A stretch of DNA of 64,000 nt from Antedon mediterranea (taxonomy: Eukaryota > Animalia > Echinodermata): assembly GCF_964355755.1 (NCBI RefSeq), contig NC_092673.1, positions 32,981,648-33,045,647 of the forward strand, in the 5' to 3' direction. Shown one piece after another: positions 53,501 through 64,000 of this stretch. Positions within the stretch are counted from its first letter, which is position 1, and each line of letters starts with the position of its first letter. Made by a program: the position numbers and the translations under genes. A model generated the notes under the pieces. That model did no database searches. It was not told the origin of the DNA and saw nothing but the letters and a program-made list of their open reading frames with translations.

Positions 53501-55247
53501 CCAAGTGTCGATTATCAGAGTGATGAGTTGATAATTTTAATTCTGCTGACATTTCATATTTCTGTCCAATTTCTCGATTGTAATGTTCTAATCCCAACGA
53601 GTTGTGCGAAAGTTGTTGTTCAAGCTCATTAAGTATATCTTTCATTGAATTTAATGATGCTGTCAATGTGTTTGGTTCGTTTTTTCTTTCGTCACATAAC
53701 TCATTCCATTTTCTGATGTATTCTTCACGTATTGGTTGTAGCCCTTTGATGCTGTATCGATCAGTCATAATCTTAACAAACCCAAAGAAATATTTTCTTT
53801 TTATAAGCGAGTTTGTAAATGGGGCTCTGAACATTTGATATGTGCAACATTTGTTTTGGTGTAGGTCTAGCTGTTTACTACGTAAGTCTACTATCTCTTT
53901 CTTTCGTCTATCAACGTATTCTTCAATTTGCATATTTCCTTTTCTTAGTAGTCGATGCTGTTCTTTCCTCGTTTCTCCAATTTTTACTGTTACCATCTGC
54001 ATGGGCAGCTCATTTTCTTTCCCCTCTTTAATAATGCGGTCAAGCAATATTTTTGCACTCTGTTTTGCTTCGAAGCAATCTTGTACCATTTCGTCAACGT
54101 GATAATTCCTTCTGTGTGCTACTTCAATGCACATCTCGACACTCCTATCAGATACAATATTCCTATTACTGTCTCCTTCAAAATTAGATCCAAGTAATCC
54201 CCAAATTTCTCCACTTATTTTCAGCTCGTTCTTATTTGATGCTTTAACATAGTGTACTTGTTTCTTCACATCTCTGATGTTTTTCTCCATTCTATAAAGC
54301 GCGTCTTTCAATTCTTTCCCAGAAGCTCCATCTAAGATAAAAATTACGTGACCTCTTTGTATGTACAATGATTCAAGTAATCCAGTGTCGTGTTTGTCAA
54401 AATCAGTGCAGGAAACAAATGCAATAGTGACTAGTGATATATCTGATAGAAAATACGTATGCCTTTTAAAATCTGATGCATTTCCTCGCAAATTTATGAA
54501 CGTTAGGGCATCTGAAAAAGCATTTGTACGTTTTTGTGTGGGAAGGTACCATGCCATTTCTAATAAGCCATCTGATAATTTTCGTTCTAAATTTCCACCT
54601 TTGCATCCAGAATTAAAGAAAATATCATGTTTCTGCTCATTAATGACACAGTTGATGATTTTGGATTTGGATATTTTAGGTCTTCCTAATCGTAAAGCAG
54701 ACACAATCGGTAACTTTTCAACCGCCATTGATTTTTCGCAAGACGAACCTGAACTTGTTTTCCATTTCTTTGTGATTGTGCTTATTCCCCACACAATCAG
54801 TTCCCATTCTTTGTTAGATACGTCCGTCACTGGGATCAGTAGTGGAATAGCTAACTGACATGTCGACAATTTTTCAATCAAAATCTGTCTTAAGAAATTG
54901 TCTGAACACAATAAAATAGCTACTAGTGCATCTGTTGGACTCACTTGACTGTTTTCATTACTGAGACTTGTTTCATCGTCTTGCAGAACAGAAGAAAGGG
55001 AAAAGGCCGTTCCATGAAAACCTTGACTTTCTTCTAACTCGAAACATCTTCCTTCGTAGTTACACATCATAAGATTTTGCAACATGTACCAAGGTATTTT
55101 GCTTGGGTCATCATTGAGTTCCTCTGGTGAAATTTCCTTTTTACAAACTTCAAACACTCTTTCACAAGTTAGTTTTCTGGGATAATAATTCTGTAGCCTT
55201 AGATGTTTAACTACCTGCTGGTAGTGTACATCACATTTAACTTCCAT
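50541..55247 (-). CDS. Very large inducible GTPase (GVIN1/VLIG/URGCP family), paralogue B, intact 1568 aa
   Basis: Uninterrupted ORF with URGCP-like N-domain (LLCSDNFLRQ, CQLAIPLL, LRLGRPKISKS, NLRG), G motifs GIQSSGKS/GRCT/DTEG/DNELAT, and C-terminal CPFCKALC..H.HH...CHRP and FWKWF. Acceptor ttttttag at 55257-55258. Confidence 0.95.
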   Translation of the reverse strand: MEVKCDVHYQQVVKHLRLQNYYPRKLTCERVFEVCKKEISPEELNDDPSKIPWYMLQNLMMCNYEGRCFELEESQGFHGTAFSLSSVLQDDETSLSNENSQVSPTDALVAILLCSDNFLRQILIEKLSTCQLAIPLLIPVTDVSNKEWELIVWGISTITKKWKTSSGSSCEKSMAVEKLPIVSALRLGRPKISKSKIINCVINEQKHDIFFNSGCKGGNLERKLSDGLLEMAWYLPTQKRTNAFSDALTFINLRGNASDFKRHTYFLSDISLVTIAFVSCTDFDKHDTGLLESLYIQRGHVIFILDGASGKELKDALYRMEKNIRDVKKQVHYVKASNKNELKISGEIWGLLGSNFEGDSNRNIVSDRSVEMCIEVAHRRNYHVDEMVQDCFEAKQSAKILLDRIIKEGKENELPMQMVTVKIGETRKEQHRLLRKGNMQIEEYVDRRKKEIVDLRSKQLDLHQNKCCTYQMFRAPFTNSLIKRKYFFGFVKIMTDRYSIKGLQPIREEYIRKWNELCDERKNEPNTLTASLNSMKDILNELEQQLSHNSLGLEHYNREIGQKYEMSAELKLSTHHSDNRHLARVAAEMLLHGYPIELMDGDATHVPLTWIEAVFTSLKDQIGNKKIFVLSVLGIQSSGKSTMLNAMFGLQFSVSAGRCTKGIFAQLVSLDRSLREDTQCDYILVVDTEGLRSPEFASQLGSNRDNELATLVIGLGDVTIINIMGENPTDMQDTLQIAVHAFMKMENVHIKPSCIFVHQNVTDVTASDLNTTQKRSMREMLDTITKIAAEAENCSERYKSFSDVINFQENKHIMYISSLWQGDPPMAPPNPGYSKCILQVKKQVLEFIKNSKPKSITDFTTLLSDLWRAILCQNFVFSFKNSLEIQAFNSLDAEYVKHARTFRRNALEYSDRLQSECKKLTTEKMREEGEQILDWYLKKLEDNIIAFRASMTSYFADDVKACQWQGKIELQLEDLCKEIIKEMKGVFTSIRNKVIGRAEIDANIEMHEREIYRKAKRLADVYRNKQLSDMDLEKEFANNWKTWVSNIPSSDDCVDIGRSFQKIAEENYLENNKAEVSLAFQSSETEVTEHDLHLRNWKKFKSYFSNASAKTYVNDANCTKQNIVEKLQKQISNHTLNGTNYTNQLGFDCFNSLSCDLKEIKLDGKSLLKSKAQIRLAVCNFKTSLIPSLKKMQEQYKHENDPRLYLESRKERLWQTFKDECTVRHIISKAASAISREIACAIKISLPDKCKLGVIDHLRYSSSKSFSSKMSLHASMLIAMAEKGNFDCFKEYLCNPILCIKNFTSEQIKKVCFETTKAGCSVLQEIYACEVHNIVSALNQAIATLNAKGDITLKSWWLTLLDYIDKVLCIKTDIRFFDEERDLALEEFSDKLLDELNGIKDKIIREYDSSIFSEISTSCCDFFTADLLACQEVCPFCKALCDLNGIHDHHRTDCHRPNGVAGYRWTDSTKLDSDLCTTAVMSNYRFINEDTNSTSINFRDYRTVNEHYASWKIEPLAGESEMFWKWFMATYNTELAEYYNAKEADIPAGWKRITMEQAKEDIKKLYNI

Positions 55248-55919
55248 CTTATCTTTCTAAAAAATTGAAGTAAACAAAACGAATGAATAAAATGTTTGAT
55301 GTTTGAGGTATTTATTAAATAAGCCTAATAAGGACTTTTTTAGATTAAATAATGCCCACATATCTTACTGTCGAGCTGTAGGTATACCACTCCTATAAAA
55401 ATCACAAATCACCAAAACCATCAGCTCATTGGCATTATTGCGACAGATCTTGTTTTTAGGGAAAGTGGGAAGTGCATGCATATAAAGAGTGAATCACGGT
55501 GGGCATTTTGTTGTGAATTAACTTGAAGGGTGCAGTGTCCAGGTACTATGAGCTTACCAAAACGTCACTGTGTGGTACCTTGTAACGTAATGCCACTTGA
55601 GCTAGAAAATGACAAAATACAATTTTTTTTAACAGATTTATGTATGTAAAGTAAGGTACTGTATGATGTAATGTAATTGGAACATAATGGTCCGCGAAAC
55701 CATTTTCAACTCAAGTGCTTTATGGAAACAGGTTCATTAAGATGGTTTTTGCTGTATTTCAACAACGTGTGCCATTAAGCCTAGGAGGTACAAATATTTG
55801 CCATTTGTTATAGCTAAAGCACATATTACAATACGATGCTATAATAATTGTTTGCCAAGAAAAACAAAATTCTGTGACAGGACACAATCGTAAATTCTAT
55901 GAAATTAAAGCAGAATTAA

Positions 55920-56282
55920 AGCAACAGTTTCCTAGAGAATCAATAGGTGATCTACGTTGGTGAATAATCATCTAATAAATATTAAAATTTACCTGCGCCA
56001 AGATTTTATGCTGTTTTTAAGTGAAAATAATTACGAATGTTACGAATTTGATGAGTTCATTAGAAAATCTGTTTTTAGTTTTAAAAATCGTGTGAACGCA
56101 AGTAGTAATTCTTTGATCATGGCCATTAATCGCCACGTTCTTAATGTGTCAAGAATGCACATACACTGGAATGCTTTGTTGCATTGACTTTATATATTTA
56201 TATATCTTTGTTTTTGTTCTATGAGCTGTTAGATTAAGATTTTTTTTCTTTCCGAAATAAAAAGATGAATGAATGAATGAAT
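55920..56282 (+). mobile_element. LINE 3'-end fragment with (TGAA)n tail
   Basis: FDEFIRKSVFSFKNRVNASSNSLIMAI-type ORF2 end, aataaa, then gaatgaatgaatga. Confidence 0.55.
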
Positions 56283-57243
56283 TAAATGATTATTTTTACG
56301 TTGAAGATTTCTTTATTCAAAATGAATTATTTAATACATACAAATAATTCATTAGGCCTAATTGTTTTATATAAATATCGATTGTTCTAAAGTATTTATA
56401 ATATATATTTATTATAATAATTATATTATTTCACCGTCAATCTTGAATCGAATGCAGGTCATACAAAGGTGGCGCTCTAATTTTGAGCGCGGAGTAGCAG
56501 AGTATAGGTATAAATAGAAGGCGCACTGATAGACAGGTGCCTTTTCCCAAAGCTGACTTATACTACTATTGAATATCATTTTAATCGATCAATCGGATCA
56601 ATGTGACAAATTAATTGTGATACGTAACTATAGTGTAGGCCTACTACTAACGTCGCTTTGTCCAACCCTCTCATACAAATTTAGGTCAGCAAAGGACTGG
56701 CAAAGGATATCATTAACATTAATGGCATTAAGTTATGGAATGAACTTTCACCTGAAATTAAAAACATCGCAGATAGAATTGTGTTCATTAAGAGAATAGG
56801 TACCGGTTACCTTCTAACTTAGCCCGGATTAATTATCGTAAAAGGACACAGGTGAACACTCATGCGCAGTAGGCCCTAGTGTATAATTTCCTTTACCGTT
56901 TAATCAATAGGTTTTGGGTGGGTGGCCCGAATAACATCTCTCATTAGGAGAACTTAGAGATTTAGACCTAACACTGAAAATTTAAACTGTTCTCCTTCAT
57001 CGGCATAAAACTCTCTTTTAATAATTGAAATTTTCATCTATCATTCCGGTTCCTGAACTACTATCGAAGCGAAACAAACTAGATTTAACAATAGGCCTAC
57101 GTACCTTATTTCTTGATTTGCCTTTATTCAACCAAATGCAAAAGCCTCTTTCGGAAGAACATCGTGGTAGGATGTGCGAACAAAACGATTGCAATGTGGT
57201 TTGTAGTTTACTTTGTGGGTGGGTGGGTGCTGCTTTCTGGCTA

Positions 57244-57366
57244 ATCTGGTTTTTGGGGAAATTCCAACTTTGCAGCCATTGGTTAATTCGCTGTGAAAAT
57301 GTAACAAAGGATGAAGCGGTTCAATCTGGCTTTTGGGAAATTCCAACTTTGCAGCCATTGGTTAAT
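57244..57366 (-). promoter_or_regulatory. Duplicated NF-kB site plus CCAAT module, candidate promoter of paralogue B
   Basis: GGGAAATTCC at 57256-57265 and 57335-57344, each followed by aactttgcagccATTGGttaa. A minus-strand donor aataag|gtacgt lies at 57103-57104. Confidence 0.6.
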
Positions 57367-58199
57367 AGTACGTAAATAAATGTGTAACGAAAGATGACTA
57401 GGGCAATAATTTTTTTTTCTTTGTATAATATGGAAAATAAATGATGATGATGAGTGTAACATGAAATATCTAAAGAGAATGAGAATAAAGAAAAATTATA
57501 ATTAAAAATTTAAGTTTTTAATTTCTGGAATACAGTTCAGATTAAATAGAAACTCACCAACAGCAGCCCATGTCTGCATCATGGATATTAAATTGAAGGG
57601 TCGAGCAATTGCAGAGAGCTGGGAGGGCATTGGAGGGGCAACCTCTTAACTCTCTCCCTTTTTTTGAAAGCAGAGAGAGAGGGGAACGCCAGGGTCTTAA
57701 ATACTTACTGGGAGATTTGGATGAATGGTGTGCCAAGAGATGGTTAAATTTTGGTTCAATAATCATACCCAATAAAATATCCTGCACCTAGCCTGGGTAA
57801 GACAGTTTTGAGAATATATGAGTCATCTATCGGTCAATAGGTCGAAAATATTACTATATTAGTAAATTTAGAATTGTAGATATTCAATGTCAATATTGTA
57901 TAGTGTTTTTTGTTTTTTGTTTTTTTTTTGTTATAACAACCATTAAATAAAGGTGGGGGGACCTGTTTGTGTAGATTTACAGTTTTATAAATACGTATTG
58001 CTAATGATTTAATGACAAGTTTCAGATAATAAACAAAAGAAAATTCTGTAAAATTTAGTTTGCTGCTAAGTTTAATTAACCTCATGTTGGCCTACAGACA
58101 TCAAATAAAAAAACACCCATCTCTATTATAATTACTGTTTTCAATAAATTAAAAAATAATTTAATACTAAGAATCTGACTAGACGTTTTGTGTAATTCA

Positions 58200-59290
58200 T
58201 TAATTATTAAATAAGCATGAGATTTCTATGTCATCGCCTTCATCAGTGTTCATTGGTGACACTCCTAACCTCTGACTCTTCTCATCATTGCTCATGGGTG
58301 AATCTCTTAACCTCTGACACTTCTCATCAGTGGTTATTGTATACGTTAATCCTTGACTTCTTTTACAAGTGTTCATTTGTGGATCTTCTAAACTCGGACC
58401 ACCTTCTTCAGTTTTCATTGGTTGATCCCCTGATAACCTTTGACCACTTTCCTCCATTTTCATTGGTCGAGCCCCTGATAACCTTTGACTCCTATAAGTC
58501 ATATTTCCAGTCTTTGGTATACAATTGATTGTTGATTTTTTATTTCTCTTTCCTTGACCATTATTATCATTGCTATCAATATTATCATCTTTAATTTTCT
58601 CCAATGCAATTTTTAAATTTCTTGTAAATTTGAAATACAAAACGATGTATGATCAAATATAATCCAGAAAATATCTCCATTTGATTACAGATCATGTGAG
58701 GACCATGTCTTGAGACAACTTATCTGTCATCTGAATGACACCAAGGTCCAGTATTATATATATGCAGTGATTAAAATAGGTAAGTATTGATTTGGTAGAG
58801 AGGAGATCTTAACTGTAATATTGTAGCTTACTGCATTCCATGATGCCTTATACGACTATGTTGCTGTCGAGTCGAAAAGTCATTCATAAACATGTGAGCA
58901 TGCACAGAATCACTGTCTCGTCTTGAAGGTGAAAGGTTGCTTATATATTATCCATGCAGAAATACAGTACATGATAGTTTACAGTTCTGACATTTCCAGT
59001 ATTTCAGACATTTTTTTGCTACAGTATTTACCTAACGATATAGCTGGTCAAAATATTGACATATACCTGTTAAAATTGGTTACAATCTGCTAACAGGTTG
59101 CAAAGACTTTAAAGAAGAACACGTTTCTTAAGCTCTGTCTACACTATCAAACTAGTTTGACAAAAAAAAAGTGTGATGTGCCCAAATATGGTAGTGACGT
59201 GATGTCATCGTGCCGATATATGGGCACATAACATTTTTTTGTCACATAAAGTTTGATAGTGTAGACAAAGCTTTAATAAAATGCATTGAT
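58200..59290 (-). pseudogene. Duplicate of TYW3 last intron and terminal exon with mutated acceptor
   Basis: Colinear with 61055-62030. The acceptor tatttcAG has become tatttcAA. The frame is still open, with one extra tail repeat. Confidence 0.85.
59130..59275. mobile_element. Palindromic PIF/Harbinger-like MITE (shorter copy at about 61918-62022)
   Basis: agctctgtctacactatcaaact...agtttgatagtgtagacaaagct with TAA/TTA-type flanks. Confidence 0.65.
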
Positions 59291-59535
59291 TTTATAGTTG
59301 TTAGCTATTTATAGCAGACCTATAATTGCATCTTCTTAAAACCTTTAAAAACATTTGTTTAGCATAATAAATATATGCAAATAAGAGCGTCGTACCAGTA
59401 ACTACAATACGAGACAGTACCAGGCTTAATGATTTGCTTCGACAGTACAGACAACACAGTAATGGTAACCTTTGAAATCGTAGGACAAGTCATCAATACT
59501 GTCAAATAAGATATTCACAAACACAAAGTAAACAC

Positions 59536-60589
59536 CAGGCCCGTAGCCAGGGGGGGGGGGTTATGGTTCGGGCGAACCCCCCTTTACAGCGAACCCCCCT
59601 TAACCGACTGCGAACCCCCATCCCCGACATGCCCAATACCTCACCCTCATCTCCGAAAATCGTCCAAATACGTGCCCCACAGTACAAAAAGTTGCTCGTA
59701 AACTCGTTCGGAATAACTCATACAGTACCTTCTTCCCTGTATGAGCGTACTTCGATAGTCTGTAAAGAGTTGCAAATGAATTGCCGATTTTAACCTGAAA
59801 AATGAATGTTTGGTCCCTGCATGTAACATGATATTGACGCGTCTCACAGCGAGCTGGGGAAGGGGGGGGGGGACGAACGATTCGTACAAAGGACACCGCC
59901 AGACAACTGCGTACCAATTGTTTAGATCACTGGCAGTCAGGCAGCATGCATAAAGTATATAGCCTTCCGACATACATCAGTATTTATGTGTGGCTATGAA
60001 GTATAATGTATCATAGAGGATTATAGTGAATATTAATATTTTACACTATAATATCTATGGTATCATGTACTGTAGTTCACATTATGGCATCCGATTATTT
60101 TTTTCTAGACCACCAGCCGATACGTACTCAAATGTATCAATATCACCTATTTACATTGGCATATTTAATTTCCTCAACAAATTGCTGTAAATAAATATTA
60201 TAGATAGAGCTATAATAAGAATTGCATTTGCCTTCACCCAGTGTGCTTTTTTCGGCGCTTCTCCTAGACGTACGTTCGCATTGAACTTGAACGCAAAACA
60301 AAATATCGAGTAAATGATCCTACAATCGGCGGTTCCGCACAGAGCACGGGCATCTAACATACGGCAACAAATGCTATAAAAATAGTCCACGAGTCCAAGT
60401 ACGATCGTTTTGCTCATTGGTAGCATGCTGCATGAGAGTGTCTTTTCCGGCCATCTAGGGGTGTCATTTAACAAAATTTGCTTCGCCTCAGGCCCCACCC
60501 CAGGGGGGGGGGGGGTAGGTATGGGGGTGGGGGTGACCCAAATACTTAGTGTGCGAACCCCCCATTGACAGATCCTGGCTACGGCCCTG
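59536..60589. mobile_element. hAT-like MITE (about 1.05 kb)
   Basis: TIR caggcccgtagccagg / cctggctacggccctg, with (g)taaacac repeated on both flanks. Confidence 0.75.
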
Positions 60590-60715
60590 TAAACACTAAC
60601 CCACAATCTTGTTAATTGCCTTGATTCAACCGAATGCGAAAGTAGCCTACATCCGTGTGTGTTGTGAACGAAATGTTCCTGCAATATGGAGCTTTTGAAA
60701 GTGATTCACCACGCC

Positions 60716-60755
60716 TGGTTTTGGGGAAATTCCAACTTTGCAGCTATTGGTTAAC
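60716..60755 (-). promoter_or_regulatory. Third copy of NF-kB plus CCAAT module
   Basis: ctggttttgGGGAAATTCCaactttgcagctATTGGttaa; the site is at 60724-60733. Confidence 0.5.
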
Positions 60756-61053
60756 ACTTTTCCCAGGTTAGTCACGATTTTTTTTACAGAGTTCCTTCAG
60801 ACAACCATGGAGGAAATACAACCGACTGGCTCCCAGGTCAACGTCGTTTTGAAAAAAGAAAAACAGTGTTTGTTTTGTTTTCCAGTGAGGCTGTTTGTTT
60901 AGATTTGTTTTATGAAAATAAAAATAATTGTAAATGTAAATAAGAAGAGAAGACTTTTTTGTTTTTATTAATATTATTAATTTTAATTCATCTACTGTAC
61001 ACTTAATAATAAAAAAGTAGCTGATTTAAACAAAACTATATATTTATTGTAAT

Positions 61054-63776
61054 TCATTGATTGTTAAATAAGCATGAGATTTCTATGTCTTCTCCATCAG
61101 TGTTTATGGGTGAATCTCTTAACCTCTGACCCTTCTCATTAGTGTTTATGGTTATATCCGTTAATCCTTGACTTGTTTTACAAGTGTTCATTTGTGGATC
61201 TTCTAAACTCTGACCACCTTCTTCAGTGTTCATTGGTTGATCCCCTGATAACCTCTGACCACGTTCCTCCATTTTCATTGTTTGATTCCCTGATAACCTT
61301 GGACCCCTATTACTCATATTTCCAGTCTTTGGTATACAATTGATTGATTTTTTATTTCTCCTTCCTTGACCATTATTATCTTTGCTATTAATATTATCAT
61401 CTTTAATTTTCTCCAATGCAATTTTGAAATTGCTTGTAAATCTGAAATATAAAACGATGTATGATCAAATATAATCCAGCACATATCTCCATTAAATTAC
61501 AGGTCATGTGAGGACCATGTTATGAGACAACTTATCTGTCATCTGAATGACACCAATGTCCTTAGTAATTAAAATAGGTAAGTATTGATTTGGTAGAGAG
61601 GAGATCTTAACTGTAATATTGTAGCTTACTACATTTCATGATGCACTATACGACTATGCTGCTGTCGAGTCGAAAAGTCATTCATAAACATGTAAGCATG
61701 CACAGAATGACTATCTCGTCTTGAAGATGAATGGTTGCTTATATACTATCCAGGCAGGAATACAGTACATGATAGTTTACAGTTCTGACATTCCCAGTGT
61801 TTCACACATTTTTTTGCTATATAACTAACTATATCTGGTCAAAATATTGACATATACCTGTCAAATCTTTTTTTGCAATCTGCCAACAGGGTTGCGAAGA
61901 CTGTAAAGAGAGCTCTTAAGCTCTGTCTACACTATCAAACTAGTTTGACAAAAAAAGGTGTGATGTGCCCAAATATGGTCACATTTTTTGTCACAAAGTT
62001 TGATAGTGTAGACAAAGCTTTAATATGCATATTAGTCGCAATTTACCTATCAATTCTTCTGAAGTTTTCTTCCATTTTCTCATTGGCTAGCTGTGCTATA
62101 TAATGTAAATATTCCGTACTGACAAGGATATGTCCATCTTTTGACAGAGGTACCTCCAAACCATGAGTGCTTCGTACCGCCTCATTAAGAAAACAAATAA
62201 ACAATTTCAAATTTAATACATTTCTCAATATTCATTTACATTTCTATTAATAAAATTAAATGTAGAAGATAAAATATGTAACATTTGTTACGTAAAGTGG
62301 GAATCTAATTTTATTATTATTTAATTTTTGTAGTTCACTGCTAACAATTTTTTTTTAATTAAAAAATTTCTTGTCTTTATATACACTTATTTAGTAAAAT
62401 CGGGTTCTTTTTTTTTAAACGTATTGTATAATATATATAATATTATTTGTACTGCATATTTCAATTATCATTGTTACAAGGAAATAAAAGTTGTAATTAA
62501 TTTATAATTTTTATATCTAAAGAATATAAAAATGAAAATAGGTAATTGTATTGATTACTTTGATATTTATTAAAACATACAGTTATGATTTTGCCTTTCT
62601 TTCCTATGGATATCCCAGAATTCCTAAATCCAGATGCTATTGCAGCCTCATGCTTGAAGAAGAAAACAATCATAACAATGGAGTAATTCATAATGGTATT
62701 TTAACAGATTTTAGCAAATGTCTGATTTTGAATTTAAGATAAGATAAGATAAGATAACTTTTATTGATCCTCAAAAAGGAAATTCATTGCTCGTCATAAT
62801 AACAAAGAAAACCCAATAAAAACAAATATAGCATAAAACCATTCATATAAAAACATCTAAAAAATTACAAGATAAAATTATCTTCTTGACTTCCTGTTGT
62901 ACTGGACGATACCGGAGGGAATAAAGGATTTAGCAAATCGATTTGTTTTCACACTGAGGAGCCTCAATCTACCACTTGGATTAAGTTGGTCTATGATCAC
63001 TTTGTGGAGAGGATGAGAGGCATCCGACTCAATGCGTTCGAAATCTTTCTGGAGGTGTTCTAGGTGCACATCGGTAAAGGAAGGCAGTTCCAGACCAATC
63101 ATTTTACCAGCCCGACGGATGAAAGTTTCAAGTACAGGCATACATTTAAAATAAATGTACATAAAACAAATACCGTATGTGTAACAAAAACGGCAAAAAA
63201 AAATACAAAATAGTGTAGCACATAAAAATCCCAAAAATTATGAACATAGGTGAAATTATAGATCGATAATTATTAGAATGTATGATCAATAGAAATGTTT
63301 TATTTTTATAAATTCAGAAAGCAAAAAAAAACTTGCATAGCACCCTCTAGAGTTTTTTTTTGTAGCGTACATGGTTTCAGAAAATATCACCACCTCTCAT
63401 TCTGCCTGGATCTACACTACCTTGATTTTGGAACCCAAAGCATTTAGGCTTTTGTGCCCCTCTTGACTGGAACTTCTACACTGGTTCATATGGCCTGTAT
63501 TTCATCAGATGGTGTTCCCCTGGTCTGCCCAGTGATTTTTAGTGTGGTTTTGAATTAATTACACTACATGTGTGATATTAATGATGGTACCTCCATGGTT
63601 GATGCCTACTAAACAGATTTGTTCTGATGATTTTTACATGGTATAAAGCTTACATATTTGTTTTCATTTAGACTTACCAAGATCCTAGCTTTTTCAATAT
63701 CTGAACATTGAACATGTAAAACAAATGGTTCAAACTTAAAGAATGCATTCCCAGTAATATTTGGCACACATTCCTC
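61054..63776 (-). CDS. TYW3: tRNA wybutosine-synthesizing protein 3, last four exons (63678-63776, 62581-62652, 62047-62180, 61054-61441); 5' exons lie beyond the window
   Basis: [43 protein letters not shown] and [15 protein letters not shown] match TYW3. All GT-AG junctions are phase-compatible (0,0,2). Confidence 0.93.
62737..63133 (-). mobile_element. 5'-truncated LINE 3' end in TYW3 intron
   Basis: Near-identical to 40880-41233, with an (AGATA)n tail on the plus strand. Confidence 0.8.
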
Positions 63777-64000
63777 CTGCAAAAGAAAATCAGTAAATTT
63801 AATACAGTTTATATCATGGTTAAATTTAGAGCATGTCCAGCAACAGCACCACTATAAACTATCAAAATCTGATTCTCCTTCCTAGTAATGATTGAATACC
63901 AGTTCCACCAGGCTCATTTAACACTATTAGTTTCAAATTGTAGTCAATTCAAATACAATAAAGCATATTTTTTTACATGAAAAATGTTGAAACCCTTTGT

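Noticed and set aside
50347-54858. Many short ORFs overlapping the GTPase on either strand
   Set aside because: Shadow frames of a long coding sequence with no independent motifs.
59502-60684. ORFs of 61-177 aa
   Set aside because: They lie within a GC-richer hAT-like MITE and show no recognisable motifs.

Overview
AT-rich, intron-containing animal DNA. The repeat types (Deu-domain SINEs, animal-type EnSpm, Helentron-like and IS3EU-like MITEs) suggest an invertebrate deuterostome such as an echinoderm; this is inference only. The window holds two minus-strand paralogues of very large inducible GTPases (VLIG/GVIN1/URGCP family), lying downstream of the 3' half of TYW3. Paralogue B (50541-55247) is an intact 1568-aa single coding exon, with duplicated GGGAAATTCC (NF-kB) plus CCAAT modules about 2 kb upstream. 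Paralogue A can be rebuilt by hand as a 6-exon gene of about 2011 aa. It fuses two death-effector-like domains and two TRADD-N-like exon modules to the GTPase. Its giant last exon is split precisely by a 6957-bp EnSpm/CACTA-type transposon (12-bp TIR, TA TSD, subterminal repeat arrays, decayed transposase and ORF2). The element ends also supply a frame-restoring GT..AG pair. The rest is decayed LINEs, SINEs, MITEs, a Penelope-type hammerhead ribozyme, a tandemly duplicated non-coding promoter-like unit (3.3-12.3 kb) and a duplicated TYW3 terminal exon. All domain and family calls come from motif recognition by eye, not from database searches.
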